A DNA stretch of 64,000 nucleotides, taken from contig JBLIOC010000001.1 of the NCBI GenBank assembly GCA_047639355.1, forward strand, positions 3,215 to 67,214. The letters run 5' to 3'. The stretch is from Minisyncoccia bacterium (GTDB taxonomy: Bacteria; Patescibacteriota; Minisyncoccia; Phycocordibacterales; UBA918). Under the pieces are notes generated by a model, which saw only the letters and a list, made by a program, of their open reading frames with translations, made no database searches and was not told the DNA's origin. Shown here one piece after another: positions 1 to 11,211 of the stretch (the first letter of the stretch is position 1; each line of letters begins with the position of its first letter). A program made the position numbers and the translations under genes.

Positions 1-15
1 GGAAGTTAAATCACT

Positions 16-43
16 AAGCCGGTAATCCATACCGGCTTTTTTT
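16..43 (+). terminator. intrinsic terminator of the upstream gene
   Basis: AAGCCGGTA-ATCCA-TACCGGCTT hairpin followed by a T run. Confidence 0.75.
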
Positions 44-71
44 ATTATCCAGGGCGGTGTATAGTACATAC

Positions 72-2099
72 GTGAAATTCGAAATCTCTACAGACAAAAC
101 TCCAGCCGGCGACCAACCAGCTGCAATAAAGGCGCTGGTTGATGGCATTAAGGCTGGCAATCAAGCCCAAACTCTCTTGGGTGTTACCGGATCTGGTAAG
201 ACCTTCACCGCCGCTAATGTTATTCAGCAAATACAAAAACCAACTCTTGTTATTGCTCACAATAAGACATTAGCTGCTCAGCTGGCACAGGAATATGCTG
301 ATTTTTTTCCAAATAATGCAGTGCACTATTTTGTTTCTTACTACGACTATTATCAACCTGAGGCGTATATGCCAACTTCTGATACGTATATTGAAAAAGA
401 ATCGCAAATAAACGAAGAAATTGACAGACTCCGACATGCATCAACACAAGCACTCTTGACTCGTGAGGACGTAATTATTGTCGCTTCAGTATCTTGTATT
501 TACGGGCTAGGTTCTCCAAAGGAATATGAAAAACGACATCTAAAGATTGAGGTTGGTTATGATGCAACCAGAACAGAAATGCTCCGAACATTAATTGGAA
601 TGTATTTTGAAAGAACAAATGCAGATTTGAAGCCAGCTCAATTTCGAGCGGTAGGGAACACGATTGAAGTAATGCCCACCAACGAACGAGTTATATATAG
701 GCTGAAATTTTCCGGAAGCAAAATCACTCACATAACAAAAATTGATGAAATAACCAGAGCCATAATTGATGAGCCAGATGTGTTTTTCTTGTTCCCGGCC
801 AAGCACTTTGTGACACCTGAAGAAGTACGTAAGGTAGCAGCAGCTGATATAAAGGCTGAGCTTGATTCACAGTTACGAAAATTTAAAAAGGAAGGAAAAT
901 TACTGGAAGCGGAGAGAATAAAGCGCCGTACAGACCACGACTTGGCTCTTATTAGAGAAATGGGTTTTTGCAATGGTATAGAAAACTACTCGAGACACTT
1001 TGATCGACGTGCTCCAGGGGAAGCTCCGTACACCCTGCTTTCATATTTTCCACATACACCAGAAGGAAAACCAGACTTTTTGACTATTATTGACGAATCA
1101 CACGTTACAATTCCACAACTTAATGGAATGTATGCCGGTGACCGCTCACGCAAGGTCACGTTGGTAGACTATGGATTTAGACTTCCAAGTACCGTAGACA
1201 ACCGTCCGTTACGATTTGAGGAGTTTCAAGAAAGGGTTGGTCAACAGATATATACCACCGCAACTCCAGGCAAGTTTGAGGCAACAGCAATGAAAGCCGA
1301 AAACTTGAAACCGATTGAACAAATCATTAGACCAACTGGCTTAATAGACCCAGAAATTGAGGTACGAGGTATTGTGGAAGATGGTGCATATCCGGGCCAA
1401 GTGAAAGATTTTATTGCAGAATCAGAGAAAGTAATTGAAGGTGGAGCCAGAGTGCTGGTGACTACTTTAACTAAACGTATGGCCGAAGACTTGGCAGAAT
1501 TTTTGTCTGAAAAGAATATTAAAACCAAGTATATTCACAGTGATGTGAAAACGATGGAACGAATTGAGATCCTGACAGACTTTAGAAAAGGAATATTTGA
1601 CTGTTTGGTAGGTGTGAACCTGCTACGAGAAGGACTCGATTTACCGGAAGTTGAACTTGTAGCTATTCTTGATGCAGATAAAGCTGGATTTTTGCGTAGT
1701 GAAACAGCTCTTATTCAAACAATCGGACGAGCCGCACGAAATGTAAACGGAAGAGTAGTATTATATGCAGATGAGATGACGGTAGCCCTTGAGTATGCAA
1801 TAGGTGAAACAAATCGGAGACGAGAAAGACAAGTTATATATAACAAGAAACATGGTATTACTCCTAAAACAATCGTTAAGGAAATAAAATCAATTGCCGA
1901 TCAAATGCGATCTGAGCACGATGAAACTGTGGAAACGCTTCTTAAAGTGGATATGGAGCTATATAAAAAAAATCCCAAGAAAACTCTTAAAGATAAAAAA
2001 AGACAAATGGAAGAAGCTGTTTCATTGCTTGATTTTGAAACAGCTGCAATAATTCGAGACGAATTAAAATACCTAGAAGAATCAGAAATTGAAAAATAG
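72..2099 (+). CDS. uvrB: excinuclease ABC subunit B
   Basis: GVTGSGKT Walker A, YYDYYQPEAY beta-hairpin, DESH, C-terminal UVR domain. GTG at 72 chosen as start because it lies 6 nt after TATAGT; the ORF track starts at 57. Confidence 0.97.
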   Translation: MKFEISTDKTPAGDQPAAIKALVDGIKAGNQAQTLLGVTGSGKTFTAANVIQQIQKPTLVIAHNKTLAAQLAQEYADFFPNNAVHYFVSYYDYYQPEAYMPTSDTYIEKESQINEEIDRLRHASTQALLTREDVIIVASVSCIYGLGSPKEYEKRHLKIEVGYDATRTEMLRTLIGMYFERTNADLKPAQFRAVGNTIEVMPTNERVIYRLKFSGSKITHITKIDEITRAIIDEPDVFFLFPAKHFVTPEEVRKVAAADIKAELDSQLRKFKKEGKLLEAERIKRRTDHDLALIREMGFCNGIENYSRHFDRRAPGEAPYTLLSYFPHTPEGKPDFLTIIDESHVTIPQLNGMYAGDRSRKVTLVDYGFRLPSTVDNRPLRFEEFQERVGQQIYTTATPGKFEATAMKAENLKPIEQIIRPTGLIDPEIEVRGIVEDGAYPGQVKDFIAESEKVIEGGARVLVTTLTKRMAEDLAEFLSEKNIKTKYIHSDVKTMERIEILTDFRKGIFDCLVGVNLLREGLDLPEVELVAILDADKAGFLRSETALIQTIGRAARNVNGRVVLYADEMTVALEYAIGETNRRRERQVIYNKKHGITPKTIVKEIKSIADQMRSEHDETVETLLKVDMELYKKNPKKTLKDKKRQMEEAVSLLDFETAAIIRDELKYLEESEIEK

Positions 2100-2153
2100 A
2101 TATTCTGTGAGTTATTATCCAGTAAAATCTGGTTTAGATGATAGTATATAGAT

Positions 2154-2960
2154 ATGTCAGTTCTCGCAGGTAAACATTTTCTAATAGTTGGTAGTGAAAA
2201 TCTTCAAATTAGGAATTTGAAAGAAACTCTACAGTCACATGGCGTAATTGCTTATGAAATGTCTTGTGACGAATTATCTCCAGAAAAGGTTCATGAATTA
2301 AATATTGATTTCATTTTTCTTAATTATTTGGACGATAGTAGGAATTGTAAGAATCTGTTAAGCATACTTAGAATGACCGACTTCAGTAAGTTAATTCCAT
2401 CTTTTATACTTGTCGATAATGTAATTTCTAGAATTGAAGAAGTTATTTCATACGGAGCAACTGATTACTTAACACCAGAAGAGTCAACTGAGACTACTCT
2501 TCAAAAAATAAGAACAATTTTTACCGAGGATAATAAATTTACAGGCAGTTCCTCAATAGATATTACTCCCATGGAAACTTCGCCTACAGCAAAAGGAACC
2601 AGAGTATACGTAGTCGAAGATGATCCTCTACTCAGAGACTTGCTTTCAATGAAATTTGTTAAATCTTCTTTTCCGTTTGCCTTTAGTAAAGATGGAAAAC
2701 AGGCCATCGCACACATAAAGCAATTTCAGCCAGATGTAGTTATTTTAGATTTAATGCTCCCAGGAGTGGACGGTTTTGATTTACTTTTTGAAATAAAAAA
2801 TGATCCATTGGTAAAAGATATACCTGTCATAATTTTCTCAAATAGAGATGTTAGTACCGATAGACAAAAAGCACAAGAAATGGGAGCTGCTGCCTTTTAC
2901 GTTAAGGCAATGACGGACCTTTCTGAACTGGTAAAGAAGATAGAGTTGCTAAAAAAGTAA
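2154..2960 (+). CDS. response regulator with two receiver domains (N-terminal one degenerate) and no DNA-binding output
   Basis: C-terminal REC: VVEDD...VILDLMLPGVDG...FSN...YVK. The N-terminal REC-like domain has N in place of the phosphoacceptor D (FIFLNY). Confidence 0.85.
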   Translation: MSVLAGKHFLIVGSENLQIRNLKETLQSHGVIAYEMSCDELSPEKVHELNIDFIFLNYLDDSRNCKNLLSILRMTDFSKLIPSFILVDNVISRIEEVISYGATDYLTPEESTETTLQKIRTIFTEDNKFTGSSSIDITPMETSPTAKGTRVYVVEDDPLLRDLLSMKFVKSSFPFAFSKDGKQAIAHIKQFQPDVVILDLMLPGVDGFDLLFEIKNDPLVKDIPVIIFSNRDVSTDRQKAQEMGAAAFYVKAMTDLSELVKKIELLKK

Positions 2961-2977
2961 TATTATAATTTAATTCC

Positions 2978-5467
2978 ATGGCTGCTGTAAAAAAAATATT
3001 TACGAAATCAAGTACAAAGCTTGTGAAAAAAACACCAGCCCAAAAACCTGTGGCTGTTAAAACCAGCGCAAGTAAAATTTCTAATAGATCGTCTCCAGGC
3101 GCAGCCTCAGAAAGAAAGCCAGTTACAAAAAAGACCACATTAAAGAAAAAGCCTCTAAATAAGAATAGAAAAATTTCCCGCATAAAAAAAGTCGACTCTG
3201 TTTCTTTGCCTAATAATATGAGCTTACGCGCTGTCGAAAAAACTTTTGTTTTCAAGCGTGAGTTCGATAAATTTTTAAGGCAACCAATGTATAGAATTGC
3301 TTATGTAGCAGGCCTTTCTTTCGTACTCGTTGGTTCTTTTTTTGCAGTTAGTCATATTGTCCCGTCTAACTTGCCTTACTTGATGTTGGGCCAGCTAGCA
3401 ACCAATGATTCAATTGACACTACTTCTGATTCTATTTTAAATAGTAGCACGGATCTAGTAACCACTGAGGTGGCAGTTCCTAATCCAACATTTAAGTTTA
3501 TTAGTAACATTCCCGATGAAATCAGTGATGATTTACGAATGACTTTTATTGTCACGAATGCTGAAATGGTTTCTTCCAGACTTGCACGAATTGGCCATCA
3601 TGATTTTTCTAGTTTAAAAACAACTATACTTTCTGATAATAAATATCGAGTTAACATTTCCGTAGCTAATCTCCCAGACGGCATTTATAATTTGAAAATT
3701 TACGTAAAACCATTAAATGGCAACAACGGTACTGTTTTTGAATCAAGAGAATTCAGTGTGGTTAACGATTCATTCGTCGATATAGCTGACGTTTCAATCA
3801 TCTCTGGTACAGAAGATGGACAGATAAACCTAGCTACTGGCACTGAATCTACAGAAACTGGAACCACCCAATTACTTTCAATTACTCCTGATTATGTCGT
3901 CGAAAATCAAGATGTTAGTCGTCCGCCAGACAATGGCCCAACGATAGCCACAACTAATGATACTGATGATGACAGTACTACTGAAAAAGTTGTACCTCCT
4001 TCTTCCAGTGAGCGGTCAGTTACTCCGTTTGCTCTCTTCGTACCCGATGATTCAGTTTTAAATGGTGTAAAAACTGTCAAAGTGTCTGCTCTTAAAGAAT
4101 ATCTGTGGATTGAACTTTACGCTCGACCAATCAGGTCTCTTGATACGATCTTTGTAGCCCGTGCTGTAAAACGAAGCGGGGAATGGTATTTTGTGATCGA
4201 CTCAACTAATCTTCCAAACGGAAAGTATGAGTTTACAGCTAAAACTGATTTTAACAACTCAATCATTAAAACCAGACCGATTCTAGTTTTGGTAGAAAAC
4301 AGCGTGAAACCTTACGTAAAAGAAACTGTTTTGCCAGATGTTTCTGTTGATACAGAGAAGAAAGAAATTTCTGTCCGTGAACTGCCTCCCAAACTGGAAG
4401 ATCAGAATTTTGTTCCTACTGTCAACTTGGACGATGATGTGAAAAGAGAAACTGATGATCTTTTGGTAAATAACGTAGATGATTTTAATACGCTTTTTAG
4501 ACATTACGCAACAGCTCAACAGTCTGGAGATGAGATGCTCATTCGAACAGCGAAAGAAGCACTGGAAGAAAAACGCAAAGCCCTTGTAACGATTACTCTT
4601 CATAACGAAAGGCTTAGATATATATCAGATAATATTGACGAGGAACTTACCTTAAGAGTCATTGAATTGGAAGAGAAAATAAACGTCTTTGAAAAAATCC
4701 GACGTGAAAAAAGTCAAGGCAAAACCGCCATAGATACAGACAAGGACGGAATATCCGATTTTGACGAGATTCACCTATATAATACGAACCCTGAAGCTGT
4801 TGATACAGATAATGATGGTATTACCGATGGAATTGAAATCATGCGTGGTTATAACCCTAATAACGCAGCACCTGAAGCTATTGTCGAGTTTGAGTCGCCA
4901 CGTGAGACTGTAGGACTACTGCGAGATGATGTGTTAACAATGAAAGAAGTCTTGCCTGTTATACAAATAAGTGACGCAAATGATGCACAGATTGTAAAAA
5001 CTGAAATTAGAGGTAAGGGCTTACCAAACAGTTTTGTTACTTTATACATTTATAGTACACCCACTGTAGTAACAATCAGAACTGACGCTGATGGTGAATT
5101 TGTTTACACTTTCGACAAAGAGTTAGAAGACGGGCAGCATGATATCTATATTGCTATGACTGATAATGCGGGAGAAATAATAGCGCAAAGTAGTCCTTTC
5201 TCTTTCTTTAAGCAAGCGCAAGCTTTTACTGTTGTTAATGATACTGGTGCAGGTTTAGTTACTTCAGATAGTGTGAAAGAGTCTGTAAAAAGTTCTTATA
5301 GCACAGTGGTGGGTATGGGAATTTTAGCACTTGGTCTTATTCTACTTATGTTAGGCATGACTCTTCGTCCCAAAAATGATGATTTAAACGAAGACTCAGA
5401 CTATGTGTCCAATCCTAACGCTGACAGAGTTACATTTGATGATAATAAGCATCTAGAATCATCATGA
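2978..5467 (+). CDS. large membrane-anchored surface protein (Lys-rich N-terminus, TM, Ig-like domains, Ca-binding DxDxDG repeats, C-terminal TM)
   Basis: TM IAYVAGLSFVLVGSFFAV; DTDKDGISD and DTDNDGITD; C-terminal TM VVGMGILALGLILLMLG. Confidence 0.75.
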   Translation: MAAVKKIFTKSSTKLVKKTPAQKPVAVKTSASKISNRSSPGAASERKPVTKKTTLKKKPLNKNRKISRIKKVDSVSLPNNMSLRAVEKTFVFKREFDKFLRQPMYRIAYVAGLSFVLVGSFFAVSHIVPSNLPYLMLGQLATNDSIDTTSDSILNSSTDLVTTEVAVPNPTFKFISNIPDEISDDLRMTFIVTNAEMVSSRLARIGHHDFSSLKTTILSDNKYRVNISVANLPDGIYNLKIYVKPLNGNNGTVFESREFSVVNDSFVDIADVSIISGTEDGQINLATGTESTETGTTQLLSITPDYVVENQDVSRPPDNGPTIATTNDTDDDSTTEKVVPPSSSERSVTPFALFVPDDSVLNGVKTVKVSALKEYLWIELYARPIRSLDTIFVARAVKRSGEWYFVIDSTNLPNGKYEFTAKTDFNNSIIKTRPILVLVENSVKPYVKETVLPDVSVDTEKKEISVRELPPKLEDQNFVPTVNLDDDVKRETDDLLVNNVDDFNTLFRHYATAQQSGDEMLIRTAKEALEEKRKALVTITLHNERLRYISDNIDEELTLRVIELEEKINVFEKIRREKSQGKTAIDTDKDGISDFDEIHLYNTNPEAVDTDNDGITDGIEIMRGYNPNNAAPEAIVEFESPRETVGLLRDDVLTMKEVLPVIQISDANDAQIVKTEIRGKGLPNSFVTLYIYSTPTVVTIRTDADGEFVYTFDKELEDGQHDIYIAMTDNAGEIIAQSSPFSFFKQAQAFTVVNDTGAGLVTSDSVKESVKSSYSTVVGMGILALGLILLMLGMTLRPKNDDLNEDSDYVSNPNADRVTFDDNKHLESS

Positions 5468-6816
5468 TCTCTCGAGTTCTCACGGCTCTTGAAAGAGGAC
5501 TTCTCGTGATGAGACTAAATTCTCACATGTTATTGGTAGGAGCTCTAGTGTTTGTCTTTCCATTACTATTTGTGTGGGTTACAAATTCGCTTTTTGAGTT
5601 TACAAGCAGCAGTATTGATACGGCTGATAGACATCGTATTGGTGTATTGCATGACTCCATCACAGCCCTGGTGCTCTCTAATGCTCCGACCGAGATAATC
5701 CAGTCTACTATTGAATCAGTTGCTAAGAGGGTCGAGCCCGAGGATCAAATAAAAGTATCGGATATTAAATTATTCAAGGAAGTTAATGGAGAACTTGTTG
5801 TTTTAAATGCTTTCGACCGCGAAACTATCGGAACAACTACAGATTCTGGTGTAAAAATACTCAGGAAGACGCCTTTTTCAGATGTCTTCGACTTCCATAG
5901 TTCAGACTATGATATAGGTAAGAGTATTATTCGCCAATCTTACCAGCGAATCGCAACGCCAGATGGATATTTCTACCTTATGTCCGAGCACGACCGAACA
6001 TCTTTCGAATCCCTTTTGATGTCAAGAAAGCAAACGTCCTATCTCATTCTTTCAGTAATATTTTCTTTTCTTATTGCTTTGGCATACTGGCTTAATAAGC
6101 AAGTTGATTGGAAAAAGAATCATAGTGAATTAGAGGAGCAGCTAAATGAACGGGATCTTTTTTCAAATATGATTGCCCATGAATTTCGTTCCCCATTAAC
6201 TGCCATTAAAGGTTATTCTAGTTTTTTGCAAGAATCTAATAGTTTAAGTAAAGACGAATTACGTTTTGCAGCCAATATCTACAATTCGGCTGAAAGGTTA
6301 GTGGTATTGGTAAACGATTTTCTTGAAGTCTCACGCTTACATTCTGGAAAAATAAAAGTTGAAATCAGTGAGGTAGATTTACGTGACATCCTTACTTCGG
6401 TTAGCGAAGACCTTAAAGGGTTAGCTGAAGGAAAGAACCTAAGACTTGTTTATCAAAAAAGTGCAAACCAAATTTTGTTTAAAACTGACCCTGCAAGAAT
6501 GACCCAAGTTTTAATTAATATAGTTAGCAATGCCGTTAAGTATACTGATAGTGGAACGGTAGAGCTTGAGTGTTCACAGATGCCAGGTGAGGTAACGATT
6601 ACCGTCAAGGACACTGGTACGGGTATTAGTGCTGAAGATCAACAGAAACTGTTTGCCCCATTTACTAGAGTTGGGGATGTAGATGAAGGTTCTACTACTG
6701 GAACTGGTTTAGGTATGTGGATTACTAAACAGCTAGTCGCATTATTGAATGGGACTATCGGCGTCGAATCTATTAAAGGTGTTGGCACACACATTGTTAT
6801 AAGGTTTAAACAATGA
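5464..6816 (+). CDS. membrane sensor histidine kinase
   Basis: two TMs, H-box AHEFRSPL, N-box NIVSNAVKY, G1 DTGTGI, G2 GTGLG; ATGA overlap with the upstream gene. Confidence 0.95.
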   Translation: MISRVLTALERGLLVMRLNSHMLLVGALVFVFPLLFVWVTNSLFEFTSSSIDTADRHRIGVLHDSITALVLSNAPTEIIQSTIESVAKRVEPEDQIKVSDIKLFKEVNGELVVLNAFDRETIGTTTDSGVKILRKTPFSDVFDFHSSDYDIGKSIIRQSYQRIATPDGYFYLMSEHDRTSFESLLMSRKQTSYLILSVIFSFLIALAYWLNKQVDWKKNHSELEEQLNERDLFSNMIAHEFRSPLTAIKGYSSFLQESNSLSKDELRFAANIYNSAERLVVLVNDFLEVSRLHSGKIKVEISEVDLRDILTSVSEDLKGLAEGKNLRLVYQKSANQILFKTDPARMTQVLINIVSNAVKYTDSGTVELECSQMPGEVTITVKDTGTGISAEDQQKLFAPFTRVGDVDEGSTTGTGLGMWITKQLVALLNGTIGVESIKGVGTHIVIRFKQ

Positions 6817-7002
6817 GATTCCATCAATACTAAGACCGCGTACTACTATAAATTGAATTCTACCTTTGTACACCGTAATTTATTCGGGTAGCTTCTATAA
6901 TTGCGAATAAGCAGTTTATCAGTATAATGACCACTAAATCTTCATCACCATGTGGAGAGGCAAAGTAGTGTGAAATCGCTACTAATTCAAACGAAAGAAC
7001 TT

Positions 7003-9645
7003 ATGTCAACATCAAAAAAGAAACCAATAACTGCATGGGAAGAGCCGTCAGGTGCTGAGGCACCCAAGATTATTGTTCGTGGTGCCAGGACTCATAATCT
7101 CAAAAATATTGATGTTGAGATGCCTCGCGGAAAAATGATAGCTATTACCGGCCCGTCAGGCTCTGGAAAGTCATCACTTGCCTTCGATACTATTTTCGCT
7201 GAGGGTCAACGTCGATATGTTGAGTCTCTCTCACCCTATGCCAGACAATTTTTGAATAAAATGCAAAAACCTGATGTTGATGAAATTTCAGGTCTTTCGC
7301 CAGCAATATCAATTGATCAAAAGTCTGCTTCTCGAAACCCTCGTTCTACAGTCGCTACAATTACAGAAATTTACGACTACCTACGTATTGTTTATGCCAG
7401 GATCGGACAACCGTACTGTTTAGATGTTGATGTACCAATCCAAAAGCTATCCCAAGATGAAATCCTAGGTATAATTTTAAAATCAATTGAGGACAAAGAA
7501 GTAAAAAAGGCAAAAAAACAGCAGTCAGAAAGTGTGTTAGGAATAGAACTATCAAAGGGTAGGGTTTCAATATTTTCACCTGTCGTAGTTGGCCGGAAGG
7601 GTGAGTATTATCAGATGCTCTATGATTTGCTAAACAAGGGCTACGAGGCAGTAAAAATTGACGGTAATATAAAGCAATTAAGAGAGAAAATTGTTTTAAC
7701 AAAGACTAAACGGCATGATATAGATGTACTGGTTGATGAAATATACGTAAGTGAGTTTATTAACGACCCAAAAGGTTCACGTGAACGATTGTCGGAAGCT
7801 GTTGAATTGGCTTTGGCTGAATCAAAAGGCCTTGTAAAAATTGAAAGTCCTGATGGCGCAGAGAGAACTCTTTCCGCAAAATTTATTTGCCCAATTGACG
7901 GTTCATCTTTTCCTGAAGTTGAACCTAGATTGTTTTCCTTCAATTCACCGTACGGAGCCTGTCCTGAGTGTAACGGACTTGGAGTTATAGGTATTTTTCA
8001 AAGCGATGAATGTCCAAAATGTGAAGGAGCCAGACTACGTTCTGAGGCCCTTAGGGTATATCTAGGTGGAGATGATGAACATCTTGGCACGAACATTGTT
8101 GATTTTACTCGAATGACGGTTGGCCAAGCCGCTGATTTTGTTTCTGGACTAAAGCTTTCAAAAAAAGATCATGACATAGCTTGGCCAGCTTTGCGGGAAG
8201 TTATTGAGCGTCTTGATTTTATGAAAGATGTTGGAATTGAATACCTAACTCTTGATCGTCGAGCAAATACTTTATCTGGCGGGGAAGCGCAGCGAATTAG
8301 ACTAGCTTCACAGCTGGGTTCTGGTTTAGTGGGTGCGCTGTATGTTCTTGACGAACCAACCATTGGTCTTCATCAGCGAGACAATGACAAGTTAGTTAAA
8401 ACTCTATTAGAACTGCGAGATCTAGGAAATACTATCATCGTTGTAGAACACGATGAGGACACTATTCATGCTGCTGATTATCTAATTGATATCGGACCAG
8501 GAGCTGGTGTACGCGGAGGCGAGGTTATAGTGGCTGACTACATGCAAAAACTTTTGTCTGAGAAAACGAATACTTCTGGTTCTGTCACTCTTGATTATCT
8601 TCGTGGTGACAAAAAAATTGCAGTGCCTGAGCGTCGCACTAGTGAAAAAGGGAAGATTAAAATAACTGGAGGAAAGGCTTTTAACATTAAAAATCTTAAC
8701 GTTGATATTCCACTTGGTCGGCTGATTTGTGTGACGGGCGTGTCAGGCTCTGGCAAGTCTACCTTTATGTACGAAATCCTAGACAGAAACTTGAAAGCTA
8801 GATTGGAAAAACGTCATCGTACAGCTAAGACATATAATTGTAAATCTATTACGGGCACGGAGTATCTAGGTCGGTCGGTGCTGATTAATCAGTCACCGAT
8901 TGGTCGCACTCCACGAAGTAATCCAGCTACGTACACCGGTGCCTTTACACATATTCGTGATTTATTTGCGGCCACAAGTGAAGCTAAAGCGCGGGGTTGG
9001 AAGCCGGGAAGATTTAGTTTCAATGTTAAAGGTGGACGCTGTGAAGCCTGTCAAGGAAATGGAGTCATTGCGGTGGAGATGCATTTTTTACCAACCGTCT
9101 ATGTTACATGTGATATTTGTGACGGCAGTCGTTTTACAAATGAAACACTAGAGGTGACTTTTAGAAAAAAGAATATTTATGAAGTTCTTCATTTAACTAT
9201 AGAAGATGCTCACAAATTTTTTGTTGATATACCAGCTATTCAAGAAAGATTAAAAGCAATGCTTGATGTTGGTTTAGGTTATCTAGAGCTAGGTCAAAGC
9301 GCCACCACTCTATCGGGAGGTGAAGCGCAGCGTGTAAAAATTGCTTCTGAACTGTATCGACCGCACACCCAAAAAACAATTTACCTTCTTGATGAGCCAA
9401 CTATTGGCTTACACTATGAAGACGTAAAAAAGCTTATTGAAATTTTACAGAAACTTGTGAATGCGGGGAATACTGTCATGGTTATTGAACACAATCTGGA
9501 TTTAGTCAAAAGCGCAGATTATATTATTGATATTGGTCCCGAAGGAGGACAAAAGGGCGGTCAAGTTGTAGCAAAAGGTACTCCTGAAGAAGTTGCTGAT
9601 AATCCTAAGTCATATACTGGAGCTTACCTTAAAAAAGTTCTCTGA
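7003..9645 (+). CDS. uvrA: excinuclease ABC subunit A
   Basis: GARTHNLKN, two Walker A motifs (GSGKS), two [18 protein letters not shown]; ATG at 7003 preferred over 6952. Confidence 0.97.
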   Translation: MSTSKKKPITAWEEPSGAEAPKIIVRGARTHNLKNIDVEMPRGKMIAITGPSGSGKSSLAFDTIFAEGQRRYVESLSPYARQFLNKMQKPDVDEISGLSPAISIDQKSASRNPRSTVATITEIYDYLRIVYARIGQPYCLDVDVPIQKLSQDEILGIILKSIEDKEVKKAKKQQSESVLGIELSKGRVSIFSPVVVGRKGEYYQMLYDLLNKGYEAVKIDGNIKQLREKIVLTKTKRHDIDVLVDEIYVSEFINDPKGSRERLSEAVELALAESKGLVKIESPDGAERTLSAKFICPIDGSSFPEVEPRLFSFNSPYGACPECNGLGVIGIFQSDECPKCEGARLRSEALRVYLGGDDEHLGTNIVDFTRMTVGQAADFVSGLKLSKKDHDIAWPALREVIERLDFMKDVGIEYLTLDRRANTLSGGEAQRIRLASQLGSGLVGALYVLDEPTIGLHQRDNDKLVKTLLELRDLGNTIIVVEHDEDTIHAADYLIDIGPGAGVRGGEVIVADYMQKLLSEKTNTSGSVTLDYLRGDKKIAVPERRTSEKGKIKITGGKAFNIKNLNVDIPLGRLICVTGVSGSGKSTFMYEILDRNLKARLEKRHRTAKTYNCKSITGTEYLGRSVLINQSPIGRTPRSNPATYTGAFTHIRDLFAATSEAKARGWKPGRFSFNVKGGRCEACQGNGVIAVEMHFLPTVYVTCDICDGSRFTNETLEVTFRKKNIYEVLHLTIEDAHKFFVDIPAIQERLKAMLDVGLGYLELGQSATTLSGGEAQRVKIASELYRPHTQKTIYLLDEPTIGLHYEDVKKLIEILQKLVNAGNTVMVIEHNLDLVKSADYIIDIGPEGGQKGGQVVAKGTPEEVADNPKSYTGAYLKKVL

Positions 9646-9684
9646 TTGACCAGCTTTCTATAAAAAGAAGTTTAAAATACTTAA

Positions 9685-10920
9685 ATGAATAAGTCTGATC
9701 TAGCAAGAAAAAAATTGCCTGACAAACCAGGTGTCTACTTCTTTCTTGGTACAAGAAAGAAAATTCTTTACATCGGAAAAGCAACTTCACTTATGAATCG
9801 TGTGCGTAGCTATTTTACGAGTGATATTAAAGAGAAACGATCCTCCTTGATTGAAAAAATGGTGCTAGAGGCAAAGACCATTGAGTACACAAAAACTGAC
9901 AGTGTTTTGGAAGCCTTAATTCTTGAGACTAATCTCATACGTACACATAAGCCCTTTTATAATACGCGAAGTAAAGATGATAAAAGTTACAATCATTTAA
10001 TTATTACAAATGAGGGATTTCCTAGAGTATTAGTGGTGAGGGGTAAGGATTTGACTGAGCAGTTTGTGGAGTCAGCTATTAAATATCACTTTGGGCCGTT
10101 TCCAAGCGGTCAATTATTTCGTGAAGCTTTAAAAATAGTTCGTAAATTATTTCAATTTTATGACACTAAAGCCCCAATTGGTGAAGAGAAAAATAAGATG
10201 GCCAAAGGAAAGATTGATTTTAATCGGCAGATCGGCCTTTATCCAGAAAAACAATCAAAGCGTGAATACAACAAGACAATTCGACACTTGCGACTATTTT
10301 TTGAAGGGAAGAAGCACCAGCTTATTAAAGAGCTAGAAATGGAGATGGTCACTTTGGCCAACGTCGAAAAATTTGAAGCTGCTAATGTGATAAAGCAACG
10401 TATATTTGCTCTTAATCATATACAAGATATTGCCCTTATAAAAGATGAATCTCGAGTCTACCGTGATGAGAAACGTGTGCGGATTGAAGCCTATGATATT
10501 GCCCACCTTCAAGGTGAAGACATGGTTGGAGTAATGACTGTTCTTGAAAGTGGGGAACCTGTCAAAAGTGAGTATCGTAAATTTAAAATTGGAAACTTCA
10601 CTAAAGCCAATGATACAGGCGCTCTAAAGGAAGTTCTCAGTCGAAGACTGAAGCACGAAGAATGGCCAATGCCACAAATTATAGTTGTGGATGGTGGTGC
10701 GGCCCAAAAGAATGCAGCTCAGCTTATTTTGAGCCAAAAAAATATGGTGATTCCGGTTGTGGCTGTCGTCAAAGACGATCGTCATAAACCAGTCCGCCTA
10801 ATCGGTCAAAAAATAATTCTCGAATTGCATAAACATTCCATTTTGTTAGCTAACGCTGAGTCACACCGTTTTGCTGTTAACTATCATCGAACTAAGAGAA
10901 GTAAGCATTTACGTGCATAA
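9685..10920 (+). CDS. uvrC: UvrC, shortened (GIY-YIG, UVR and RNase H-like domains; no C-terminal HhH)
   Basis: LPDKPGVY...LYIGKA, EAYDIAH, IVVDGG, ESHRFA; directly after uvrA. Confidence 0.88.
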   Translation: MNKSDLARKKLPDKPGVYFFLGTRKKILYIGKATSLMNRVRSYFTSDIKEKRSSLIEKMVLEAKTIEYTKTDSVLEALILETNLIRTHKPFYNTRSKDDKSYNHLIITNEGFPRVLVVRGKDLTEQFVESAIKYHFGPFPSGQLFREALKIVRKLFQFYDTKAPIGEEKNKMAKGKIDFNRQIGLYPEKQSKREYNKTIRHLRLFFEGKKHQLIKELEMEMVTLANVEKFEAANVIKQRIFALNHIQDIALIKDESRVYRDEKRVRIEAYDIAHLQGEDMVGVMTVLESGEPVKSEYRKFKIGNFTKANDTGALKEVLSRRLKHEEWPMPQIIVVDGGAAQKNAAQLILSQKNMVIPVVAVVKDDRHKPVRLIGQKIILELHKHSILLANAESHRFAVNYHRTKRSKHLRA

Positions 10921-11211
10921 CCTTTTAATTCTAAACAACTGACACACTATTATTCAAACAATAATCATCTCTTGAGAAGTTCAAGCAAAATCTTGATTTG
11001 CTTAAGTGGTCTATTCGGCAAATAATAAGTCCGGGATTACATTAGTGGAATATGCACACCATACCCCAAACCTTACTTAATGAACGTGGTATCATTATTA
11101 ATGATAGTTTGCTTATTAACAGTAGTTATTTACTATCTTATAGATCCTACCGATATAATTCTGCTCTATATATTCTCGCCGTATTAAACTTTTATTAAAT
11201 CAGCTCCAGTC

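Noticed and set aside
6817-7002. LexA operator upstream of uvrA (uvrB and uvrC also checked)
   Set aside because: No CTGT-N8-ACAG or GAAC-N4-GTTC match seen
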